A DNA stretch of 17,779 nt from NCBI GenBank assembly GCA_030820665.1, contig GCA_030820665.1_4852.1; one strand, written 5' to 3'. The notes beneath the pieces were generated by a model. It was not told the origin of the DNA and made no database searches. It was given only the letters and a program-made list of their open reading frames with translations. The translations under genes were made by a program, and so were the position numbers. Of this stretch, positions 6,747-12,535 are shown one piece after another. This stretch comes from a phage. Each line of letters begins with the position of its first letter. Position 1 is the stretch's first letter.

Positions 6747-7200
6747 TAAAAACATGAAGGCGTTTCTGGATATGCTGGCGTACAGCGAGGGCACTGATAA
6801 CGGGCGGCAGAAAACCAATAATCATGGTTATGATGTGATTGTTGGCGGCTCACTGTTTACCGACTATTCCGACCACCCGCGCAAGCTGATTAGCCTGCCA
6901 AGGCTGGGCATTAAATCCACCGCCGCCGGTCGCTATCAGGTACTGGCTAAGTTTTATGATGCGTACAAAAAGCAATTGCGTTTACCGGACTTCTCCCCCG
7001 CATCGCAGGACGCCATTGCAATGCAGCTAATCCGTGAATGCAAGGCCACCGCTGATATTGAGGCTGGTCGCATTGCTGATGCCATCCATAAATGCCGCTC
7101 CCGCTGGGCCTCATTGCCGGGCGCTGGGTATGGTCAGCATGAGCAGAAGCTGGATAAGCTGATTCAGGTATACAAAGAGGCTGGCGGAGCTGTGGCATGA
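6736..7200 (+). CDS. R: Endolysin, lambda R-type lytic transglycosylase (GH104)
   Basis: ORF 6655-7200 trimmed to ATG 6736 (AAGAGG at 6721-6726). The 154-aa product is near-collinear with lambda R as I recall it: 'KAFLDMLAYSEGTDNGRQKTNNHGYDVIVGGSLFTDYSDHPRKL', 'AAGRYQ' and 'WASLPGAGYGQHE'. The catalytic Glu context 'SEGT' is retained. Confidence 0.92.
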   Translation: MAISKNMKAFLDMLAYSEGTDNGRQKTNNHGYDVIVGGSLFTDYSDHPRKLISLPRLGIKSTAAGRYQVLAKFYDAYKKQLRLPDFSPASQDAIAMQLIRECKATADIEAGRIADAIHKCRSRWASLPGAGYGQHEQKLDKLIQVYKEAGGAVA

Positions 7201-7436
7201 AAAAGCTAAGCAACTGGCTGCTCGCCGCGTGGATTTCATTCTGCTCGCTGTTACAACTATGGCCTGATGCAATGATGCATGTGTGGGTAATGATGCCGGA
7301 TGACCTGAAAGCAGCGCTACCGCTAATCGTGGTCAAAGGTGTGAGTTACTCAATTATGCTTGTCGGCATCATCGGCAAAATGCACGGCATGAGGAAGGAA
7401 AACCGGAGGCTGCGCAATGATGTCGATTCTCGTTAA
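7197..7436 (+). CDS. Putative holin (class II-like: two TM helices, basic C-terminal tail)
   Basis: 79 aa. The ATG overlaps the endolysin stop (ATGA), with GGAG at 7186-7189. TM1 is 'LSNWLLAAWISFCSLLQLW', TM2 is 'LPLIVVKGVSYSIMLVGIIG', and the tail is 'RKENRRLRNDVDSR'. The call rests on position between endolysin and spanins. I recognise no family. Confidence 0.55.
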   Translation: MKKLSNWLLAAWISFCSLLQLWPDAMMHVWVMMPDDLKAALPLIVVKGVSYSIMLVGIIGKMHGMRKENRRLRNDVDSR

Positions 7437-7908
7437 ATACTGGCGACCGCTGGCAATTATTATAATTGTTGCCGCTGGCGCGTTGTGGGTGGCAAATAAA
7501 GTGTCCGGTTATGGCGAGCAACAATATGCCGCCGGATACGCGAAGGCAGTCGCAGAACAGAAGGCCGCAGACGAACAAGAGGAGCAACGACGCAATGCAG
7601 AACTGCAAAAGATTCAGGCCGACGCACAGCAAAGGATTGATGCTGCGCGCAATGATGCTGTTAATGCTGCCGCTAAGTCTGGCAGGTTGCAGCAACAACT
7701 CACCAGTATCCGCAAGCAGCTCGTCGGATATTCCACCGCTGAGTCCATTGGCAACCCAGCCGCAGAAACCGGAGTTTTGCTTGCAGACGTGCTCCGCAAA
7801 TCTGTCGAAAGAAATCAACAGCTGGCAGATTACGCTGACAGGGCGAGAGAGGCAGGATTGACGTGTGAGGCACAGTATAATTCTCTGCGTAATAAAAAAG
7901 CCCCGTGA
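7417..7908 (+). CDS. Rz: i-spanin (Rz-like)
   Basis: GGAGG at 7404-7408. It has an N-terminal TM 'WRPLAIIIIVAAGALWVA', then a long Ala/Gln/Glu-rich coiled-coil periplasmic domain. It follows the endolysin and holin and contains an embedded lipoprotein ORF in the +1 frame. Confidence 0.85.
   Translation: MMSILVKYWRPLAIIIIVAAGALWVANKVSGYGEQQYAAGYAKAVAEQKAADEQEEQRRNAELQKIQADAQQRIDAARNDAVNAAAKSGRLQQQLTSIRKQLVGYSTAESIGNPAAETGVLLADVLRKSVERNQQLADYADRAREAGLTCEAQYNSLRNKKAP
7640..7861 (+). CDS. Rz1: o-spanin (Rz1-like lipoprotein), fully embedded in Rz in another frame
   Basis: It lies within ORF 7466-7861. Starting at ATG 7640 gives the signal peptide MLRAMMLLMLPLSLAGC with lipobox L-A-G-C. The mature part is Ser/Pro-rich ('CSNNSPVSASSSSDIPPLSPLATQPQKP'). 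ATG 7652 is an alternative start. Confidence 0.8.
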   Translation: MLRAMMLLMLPLSLAGCSNNSPVSASSSSDIPPLSPLATQPQKPEFCLQTCSANLSKEINSWQITLTGRERQD

Positions 7909-7922
7909 TGGGGCTTTGTTTT
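7897..7922. terminator. Bidirectional intrinsic terminator after the lysis cassette
   Basis: AAAGCCCC (7897-7904) pairs with GGGGCTTT (7910-7917) around a 5-nt loop that contains the Rz stop codon. An A-run lies upstream and GTTTT downstream. Convergent genes sit on both sides. Confidence 0.85.
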
Positions 7923-7942
7923 AACCTTCTCCGTAGCCAATG

Positions 7943-8320
7943 TCACGCATAAAGCGCCTCCATCTTGTACCCAAACATAATTGCATTCTGATGCTCAGTG
8001 CTACCAGAAAACACCAGATAGCGTTTACCTCGATTATCCGTAACGATGTAGGCAGCTGGTGAGTTTTCCTTCCTAAATCTGGCTTCGTCATCACTCCCTT
8101 CATACATCCTCCCACTCGCTGGCAGATACAAATCGAATGTTTGAATTTCCGTTCCGCTGCATTCATTGCTACGTTCATTGAACAGGATAGCCAATCTTGG
8201 GTTGCCATTGGAATGCTTTGCAGGGAATGCGATTCTCCAGCCATCGCACATATACTGACTTGGGTAGGATAGCCATGACTTACCGCGCCTACCCTCCGTA
8301 AGAATCGGCTTACTCGCCAT
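7943..8320 (-). CDS. Hypothetical protein (125 aa), last gene of leftward 5-gene operon
   Basis: ORF 7943-8368 trimmed to ATG 8320, where GGAGGA lies 5 nt upstream. It overlaps the upstream gene by 11 nt. I recognise no family. Confidence 0.6.
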   Translation of the reverse strand: MASKPILTEGRRGKSWLSYPSQYMCDGWRIAFPAKHSNGNPRLAILFNERSNECSGTEIQTFDLYLPASGRMYEGSDDEARFRKENSPAAYIVTDNRGKRYLVFSGSTEHQNAIMFGYKMEALYA

Positions 8321-8585
8321 TATGATCCTCCACAATCCGCACCAGTGAGCACTCAAGATTCGGTGCATTGTAATTACCAGCCAGAAACAGCACGCTACCA
8401 GTGCTAATAAGCACCTGCTTCGCGTTCGCCTGCGACAGATTCTGCACGATGAATTGCGCTGTTTCTGTGCCGATTTTCAGCACTGCGCTGCCGTCGCTGT
8501 TCAGTGATACAAGTTGTGCGGAAGTGTCAGTAATGTTGGTGAAGTTCGCGTTTCGCTGCGCGATTGTGATGTCGCAAAAAGACAT
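8310..8585 (-). CDS. Hypothetical protein (91 aa)
   Basis: GGAGAG lies 8 nt upstream, and the start overlaps the upstream stop (TAATG). I recognise no family. Confidence 0.6.
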   Translation of the reverse strand: MSFCDITIAQRNANFTNITDTSAQLVSLNSDGSAVLKIGTETAQFIVQNLSQANAKQVLISTGSVLFLAGNYNAPNLECSLVRIVEDHNGE

Positions 8586-8887
8586 TATTTAATCTCTCCG
8601 TTCAGTTCATTAACAATTAACGTTGCATAGCCAGCAATATCTTTCCAGCTGTCATCATAAGTCGGGTCGCCATTCAGAATGCGCCCAATCTTGTGCTGAA
8701 TCATGTCGAGCGCCTCGCGTTGACTTGGTGTGAGATTGCGCCAGCCATCTACCTTGCGCATCACATCTTTCAACTCCTGCATAATTTCAGCGCCGTCTTT
8801 GAATTTACCGTATCGACTACCGCGTTCGGTGATGAGTCGCTCTGTTGCGTCAGTATGGCGCTTATCGCCCGTGATTTGTGAACTCAT
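8585..8887 (-). CDS. Helical protein resembling the phage DUF6378-type family (function unknown)
   Basis: 100 aa. 'ERGSRYGKFKDGAEIMQEL....LTPSQREALDMIQHKIGRILNGDPTYDDSWKDIAGYATL' follows the pattern ER...YG....nf..ia.......lt...a..m...K..R......h.DSw.DiaGYA. I remember this pattern from a widespread uncharacterised phage family; the family name is from memory. Confidence 0.55.
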   Translation of the reverse strand: MSSQITGDKRHTDATERLITERGSRYGKFKDGAEIMQELKDVMRKVDGWRNLTPSQREALDMIQHKIGRILNGDPTYDDSWKDIAGYATLIVNELNGEIK

Positions 8888-9374
8888 TGTGATGCATTCT
8901 CCTGAATTCTTTTATTTTTGCTTCTGCTTCTCTTATGTCGGAAAAGTAACCAACTGTGAATCTTTTGCCATTTACTCCAACTCTTGCATGCCACTTGTTG
9001 TGCGATGAACTCCAGTTAACCCCCTTGATACCGCTAGTGTTGTTTTTGTTCATTGCTTTGTTGTGGCTATTCTCAAATTTGCTGGCCTCCCTTAAATTGC
9101 ACGCCCTGTTGTCATTGCGAATGCCATTAATGTGGTCAATCATTTCACTTGCTGGCGCGCCATGAATGCATATCCATGCCAATCTGTGAGCAAGAAAAGC
9201 CCTACCGCAAAGAATTATTTGCACATATCCATCTGGCTTTAAGTAGCCAGCCACACTCCCTTTTTCTGCAATCCTATTCCTTGTCTTTAGCCATTTAAAT
9301 TCCCCAGTTAGTGGATTGTAGTAAAGGTAACTCAATATAAACTCCCTACTCGGCTCATCTCTCCTATGCCTCAT
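8862..9374 (-). CDS. HNH homing endonuclease with C-terminal AP2 DNA-binding domain
   Basis: 170 aa. The HNH_3-type core is 'AHRLAWICIHG....IDHINGIRNDNRACNLREA'. The AP2 module is 'SGIKGVNWSSSHNKWHARVGVNGKRFTVGYFSDIREAEAKIKEFRRMHHNEF'. It overlaps the downstream gene by 26 nt and is visibly more A/T-rich than its neighbours. Confidence 0.9.
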   Translation of the reverse strand: MRHRRDEPSREFILSYLYYNPLTGEFKWLKTRNRIAEKGSVAGYLKPDGYVQIILCGRAFLAHRLAWICIHGAPASEMIDHINGIRNDNRACNLREASKFENSHNKAMNKNNTSGIKGVNWSSSHNKWHARVGVNGKRFTVGYFSDIREAEAKIKEFRRMHHNEFTNHGR

Positions 9375-9577
9375 TTCTCATCCTCTTTCATTGTCACCCT
9401 ATTATTCTCGTCAACACTGAAGTTGGCCCGAATCAAATCATACATATCTTCCTTAGGCATATCAGCCAGCGCCACATAGCAACGGGCGAAGTAGCGAACA
9501 TCACGGAGTGTCAGCGGTTGTCGCTTCTCCACAATGCTGGTGATAATGTCCATCGGCTCGCGTCGTGGTCTTGGCAT
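9371..9577 (-). CDS. Hypothetical protein (68 aa), first gene of leftward 5-gene operon
   Basis: AGGAG lies 8 nt upstream of ATG 9577, and the stop overlaps the HNH start (ATGA). I recognise no family. Confidence 0.6.
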   Translation of the reverse strand: MPRPRREPMDIITSIVEKRQPLTLRDVRYFARCYVALADMPKEDMYDLIRANFSVDENNRVTMKEDEK

Positions 9578-9601
9578 ATTTACTACTCCTTCTCGAAAAA
9601 C

Positions 9602-9654
9602 ATCTTGACGTTTCTACATCATTTAGTCAATGCTTGTTGACGTAGATTGTACCA
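9602..9654. promoter_or_regulatory. Divergent regulatory region with paired CTACRTCA / TTGAYGTAG elements
   Basis: Leftward: extended -10 TGgTACAAT (rc 9646-9654), followed by CTACGTCAA (rc 9637-9645). A second leftward candidate is TTGACT (rc 9625-9630), 17 nt, CAAGAT (rc 9602-9607). Rightward: TTGACG at 9605-9610 and 9637-9642 and TTCTACATCA at 9612-9621, but I could find no convincing rightward -10. Confidence 0.45.
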
Positions 9655-9676
9655 CAACGGAAAAGGTGATGTGGAA

Positions 9677-9874
9677 ATGCGATACAAAGAAATAGCAGCG
9701 AGATACCAGAAGGAAGTTCGCGAGGTTATGGAAATCCTTAACGTTCGCGAGGATACCATTAAGTTTGTGGAAACCGCCATGTGTTCACTGGCGCTTGAAG
9801 CGGAGGTTGCGGGTCGTGAAAAGGCTGACGAACTTATATCTGCGGTGGTTTATAGTTCAACCAGTAACGGTTGA
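9677..9874 (+). CDS. Hypothetical protein (65 aa), first gene of rightward accessory operon
   Basis: ORF 9647-9874 trimmed to ATG 9677 (AAGGTG at 9663-9668). It is helical and Glu-rich. I recognise no family. Confidence 0.55.
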   Translation: MRYKEIAARYQKEVREVMEILNVREDTIKFVETAMCSLALEAEVAGREKADELISAVVYSSTSNG

Positions 9875-9934
9875 AGATGAAGGTTATCTGTGCGTTGAGC
9901 ACGTTGTTATCAAATTCTACGGGAGAAATTATAA

Positions 9935-10129
9935 ATGGCGCATGACGAACTGTACGAAGAATCGTTAATCCAGAGGTTGAATGAAGTTGAGCGCACTCGC
10001 GAATGGCTGGAGTGCGAGTTACGAGAAGTGCGCAACCGCCTGCAACGCAAGCGCAGTCAGCAAAGAGATGTCATCGACTGGTCTGGGGGTACACCTAAAT
10101 TTAACAATCTGGGAGAATGGTTGAAATGA
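9935..10129 (+). CDS. Hypothetical coiled-coil protein (64 aa)
   Basis: GGGAGA lies upstream of ATG 9935. 'LNEVERTREWLECELREVRNRLQRKRSQQRD' looks like coiled coil. The stop overlaps the HNH start (ATGA). Confidence 0.55.
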   Translation: MAHDELYEESLIQRLNEVERTREWLECELREVRNRLQRKRSQQRDVIDWSGGTPKFNNLGEWLK

Positions 10130-10656
10130 GCAACATTAGTAAGGAAAGCATTTTAAAGTTCCTCCAGCATGATGAAAATACAGGAAACTTTCTATGGATT
10201 GATAATTTCTCAAGAAAATCAAAGAAAGGGAAGGTGGCTGGAGGTATTACATCGCATGGGTATTGGAGAATTCAACTCCCCATCGGGAGGTTTTACGCAC
10301 ACAGAATGGCGTGGATTGTTTGCAATGGAGATATACCAAACGGATATGAGATTGATCACATAAATGGGAACAAGAAAGATAATCGCATCAGCAACCTAAG
10401 ATTGGTCACAAGAGGTCAAAATGTTATGAATGTAGGCGTGAAAAACAATAATACAAGCGGAGTTAAGGATGTTGTTTGGGACTCTTCGCGAGAAAGGTGG
10501 AGGGTTCAAATTACAGCCAATGGCAAGCATTATTATGGAGGTAGATTCTCGTCAATAACACAAGCAAAAGAGGAGAGGAACAGGCTCATAAAGATGGTTC
10601 ACGGGAAATTTTTGAATACAAAAGGTGAGCAATATGACACTACTAATGAACGATGA
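10126..10656 (+). CDS. HNH homing endonuclease with C-terminal AP2 DNA-binding domain
   Basis: ORF 10117-10656. ATG 10126 is preferred (GGGAGA at 10111-10116, 9-nt spacing). Motifs are 'AHRMAWIVCNG....IDHINGNKKDNRISNLRLV' and 'SGVKDVVWDSSRERWRVQITANGKHYYGGRFSSITQA'. It is a diverged paralogue of 8862-9374(-) and is A/T-rich; a hand count of one 60-nt line gives about 42% GC, against about 57% for a line in the decoration-like gene (14101-14160). Confidence 0.9.
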   Translation: MSNISKESILKFLQHDENTGNFLWIDNFSRKSKKGKVAGGITSHGYWRIQLPIGRFYAHRMAWIVCNGDIPNGYEIDHINGNKKDNRISNLRLVTRGQNVMNVGVKNNNTSGVKDVVWDSSRERWRVQITANGKHYYGGRFSSITQAKEERNRLIKMVHGKFLNTKGEQYDTTNER

Positions 10657-10870
10657 GAAATTACTTGAATGCCCGTTTTGTGGTTGTGATGACGTAAGTG
10701 TTATTGATGACGGCGAATGGTTGCACGTTGAGTGCGGAGATTGTTTTTGCCGCACTGACTCGTATTGCTGCGCATCCACGGCAATGAAGAAATGGAACAC
10801 AAGAGGTGGACACCTCTACACTTCCGACGACTTCAATCAGGCAGCAGAGGAGCGTGATTATGGACTATAA
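10634..10870 (+). CDS. lar: Lar/RalR-family restriction-alleviation protein candidate (zinc-ribbon)
   Basis: ORF 10625-10870. ATG 10634 has AGGTGA 6 nt upstream. 'LLECPFCGCDDVSVIDDGEWLHVECGDCFCRTDSYCCASTAMKKWNTR' follows the Rac RalR/Lar pattern as I recall it (KPCPFCGC..V.V......Y...C.GC..RT.......A...WNKR). It overlaps the HNH 3' end by 23 nt and the next gene by 11 nt. Confidence 0.75.
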   Translation: MTLLMNDEKLLECPFCGCDDVSVIDDGEWLHVECGDCFCRTDSYCCASTAMKKWNTRGGHLYTSDDFNQAAEERDYGL

Positions 10871-11348
10871 ATCACAAATCATGCGCGTGATTATGAATCA
10901 CCCCGGAGCAACGCGCGCATACATTGAGAAGCATTGCGGAGGTAAGCATTCAAGCACCACAACGCATCGCTTACATGAGATGCTTGCTCTTGGATTCATT
11001 CGTCGCGAGAAGTCAGTGATTCGCGGCGGCAAGTGGCAGTATAAATATTTCATCTCTGATGATGCAGCCGGTATTGATGATGCTATTAAGTGCCATTTGC
11101 TTGATAACGCTGGCGCGGAAGTGAAAGAAATCAGTACCACCACTGGCATTGATTATCGCATCGTGAAAAGCCGCATCCGCATTATGTTTCATAACGGTGA
11201 TGTGACGCGAAGCTATGACCACCACAAGAAGCTGTGGCGTTATTCATGGAAGGAGAAGGAAGTCAATGTAAGCAATCTATTTAATTCACTTCTTCGCAGC
11301 GTAAGGGGTCAGCATGGGAAAAGCCAAACGCAAGAAGCAAGAGTATGA
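10860..11348 (+). CDS. Putative DNA-binding protein with two winged-helix-like repeats (162 aa)
   Basis: ORF 10806-11348 trimmed to ATG 10860 (GAGGAG at 10847-10852). Two similar segments are 'IMRVIMNHPGATRAYIEKHCGG....HRLHEMLALGFIRRE' and 'IKCHLLDNAGAEVKEISTTTGIDYRIVKSRIRIMFHNGDVTRS', each followed by a K/W-rich wing-like stretch. The fold assignment is inferred. Confidence 0.5.
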   Translation: MDYKSQIMRVIMNHPGATRAYIEKHCGGKHSSTTTHRLHEMLALGFIRREKSVIRGGKWQYKYFISDDAAGIDDAIKCHLLDNAGAEVKEISTTTGIDYRIVKSRIRIMFHNGDVTRSYDHHKKLWRYSWKEKEVNVSNLFNSLLRSVRGQHGKSQTQEARV

Positions 11349-11490
11349 ACCTCTACCGCCATGCGAAATGTCAGGAATGCCGCAGCAGGAGGATGTGATT
11401 CTCACCGAGGCTGAGTGGCGCAAGGTGGCAAGAGTGCAAATCATGTTCCGCACACTTGCTGAGGATGTACTAAATGAAATGGGCTATTAA
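11314..11490 (+). CDS. Hypothetical protein (58 aa) overlapping both neighbours
   Basis: Not in the ORF track. ATG 11314 has AAGGGG 5 nt upstream. Translation: MGKAKRKKQEYEPLPPCEMSGMPQQEDVILTEAEWRKVARVQIMFRTLAEDVLNEMGY. It overlaps the upstream gene by 35 nt and the downstream gene by 17 nt, and without it 11349-11473 would be non-coding. Confidence 0.45.
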   Translation: MGKAKRKKQEYEPLPPCEMSGMPQQEDVILTEAEWRKVARVQIMFRTLAEDVLNEMGY

Positions 11491-11827
11491 GCATAAATCC
11501 GGCAGAACTCTGTTTGTAACATCGGATGAGTTTATTGCCAATAACCGTAGAAAGATGGGCTGGATAGTAGAGGAAGTGAAGATGACGAGTAGAGAGCAGT
11601 TTGAGCTCCAATGCAGAAATGGGTTGATCAATGGCGGATTAGCAGTGTTTGAAAATGGTGTTTACGCTTCCGAATTAACAAGAGCTGTCTGGGCTGGATG
11701 GAAAGCATCGCGCGCAGCAATTGAAATTGAATTGCCAGAGGAAGAAAGTTTGGGATGCCACGCTATTTACTATGCAGAAGATGTTATTGAGGCAATTGAA
11801 CAATCAGGCTTAAAGGTGAAAAAATGA
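11474..11827 (+). CDS. Hypothetical protein (117 aa)
   Basis: GAGGA lies 8 nt upstream. 'REQFELQCRNG...GVYASELTRAVWAGWKASRAAIEIELP' resembles recurring uncharacterised enterobacterial phage proteins. No function is known to me. Confidence 0.6.
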   Translation: MKWAIKHKSGRTLFVTSDEFIANNRRKMGWIVEEVKMTSREQFELQCRNGLINGGLAVFENGVYASELTRAVWAGWKASRAAIEIELPEEESLGCHAIYYAEDVIEAIEQSGLKVKK

Positions 11828-12150
11828 TTATCCAACTAAACGACATTATGAAAGCAGACATCATTCAGCTTGAAGATTATGACGTGCAACTGGCGTTTGA
11901 AATCGAAACAGTTGAGCGTCAGCTGCAGTATGCTGATAAGAAGAATGATCGTGTCTGGCACGAGAAAGCACTTAAGGCGCGCGACCACATGAAACGCACG
12001 CGAGCGCTTATCAAAACGCGACTCGACAAGCTGTATTTTGGTGAAGAACGCATGTTGCATGGCGCGATACTGGCGCAAATCCGCAAGGAAATGCCAATTG
12101 GCAAGTTTATGTCATACGTTCACCGCGCAAAGCAGGAGGCCGGGTTATGA
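11824..12150 (+). CDS. Hypothetical protein (108 aa)
   Basis: ATGA overlap with the upstream gene. The product looks helical. I recognise no family. Confidence 0.6.
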   Translation: MIIQLNDIMKADIIQLEDYDVQLAFEIETVERQLQYADKKNDRVWHEKALKARDHMKRTRALIKTRLDKLYFGEERMLHGAILAQIRKEMPIGKFMSYVHRAKQEAGL

Positions 12151-12335
12151 GCGAACCAAAATTTCCAGAGCTGCCTGTTGAGGTTCAGGTTGCATTGATC
12201 AATGCGGCAAGTGCAATGGCGACAAAGAAGATTGAGGCAATAGGCAGTGATTACAACAGGAGCATAGACTGGTTTCAGAGGGAGTATCAAAAAATCTGCG
12301 ACGCACTCTACAAAGAAAACAGAGGTAGATCATGA
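12147..12335 (+). CDS. Hypothetical protein (62 aa)
   Basis: ATGA overlap with the upstream gene, with GGAGG at 12135-12139. I recognise no family. Confidence 0.55.
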   Translation: MSEPKFPELPVEVQVALINAASAMATKKIEAIGSDYNRSIDWFQREYQKICDALYKENRGRS

Positions 12336-12478
12336 TTTCATTGCTTTGGATATTATCAGCATATGCATTTGCGAGAGTATTTGAGGCCGACACTCTGTAC
12401 CAGATGATTTGCTATGGCGCTCTGTTCTGTCTCTCTGGTGCTGCGCTCGCATTCATTGATGATGTGATTTCAGAATAA
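12332..12478 (+). CDS. Small hydrophobic membrane protein (48 aa)
   Basis: Not in the ORF track. The ATG overlaps the upstream TGA, and AGAGGT lies 5 nt upstream. Translation: MISLLWILSAYAFARVFEADTLYQMICYGALFCLSGAALAFIDDVISE, which has two hydrophobic segments. Confidence 0.5.
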   Translation: MISLLWILSAYAFARVFEADTLYQMICYGALFCLSGAALAFIDDVISE

Positions 12479-12500
12479 CTCCGTATATCTTTTGTTCATC

Positions 12501-12535
12501 ATGGGCTGCTATCATTTAATCATGAGGTAGCCCAT
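12501..12535 (+). promoter_or_regulatory. Stem-loop covering the RBS/start of the small hydrophobic ORF
   Basis: ATGGGCT (12501-12507) pairs perfectly with AGCCCAT (12529-12535). The 21-nt loop contains GAGGT (12524-12528), and the 3' arm contains the first two bases of ATG 12534. No U-tract follows, so it is not a typical terminator. Confidence 0.35.

Noticed and set aside
6947-7818. Minus-strand ORFs 6947-7336, 7369-7818 and 7614-7799 antisense to the endolysin, holin and Rz genes
   Set aside because: They are antisense to a coherent, translationally coupled lysis cassette. Their Cys/Ser/Ala-rich translations are typical of reverse frames of Ala/Gln-rich genes. No start context is visible.
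7921-8244. Alternative minus-strand ORF (107 aa) overlapping 7943-8320 in another frame
   Set aside because: It has no SD. It would run through the terminator hairpin at 7897-7922. The competing frame has a strong GGAGGA SD and couples to the upstream gene.
9765-9968. Plus-strand ORF (67 aa) overlapping 9677-9874 and 9935-10129 out of frame
   Set aside because: It has no SD, overlaps two better-supported genes, and has an odd W/C/R-rich composition.
12501-12535. The hairpin as an intrinsic terminator ending the rightward accessory operon
   Set aside because: The stem is only 7 bp with a 21-nt loop and no following U-tract. It is kept only as a possible translational control element.
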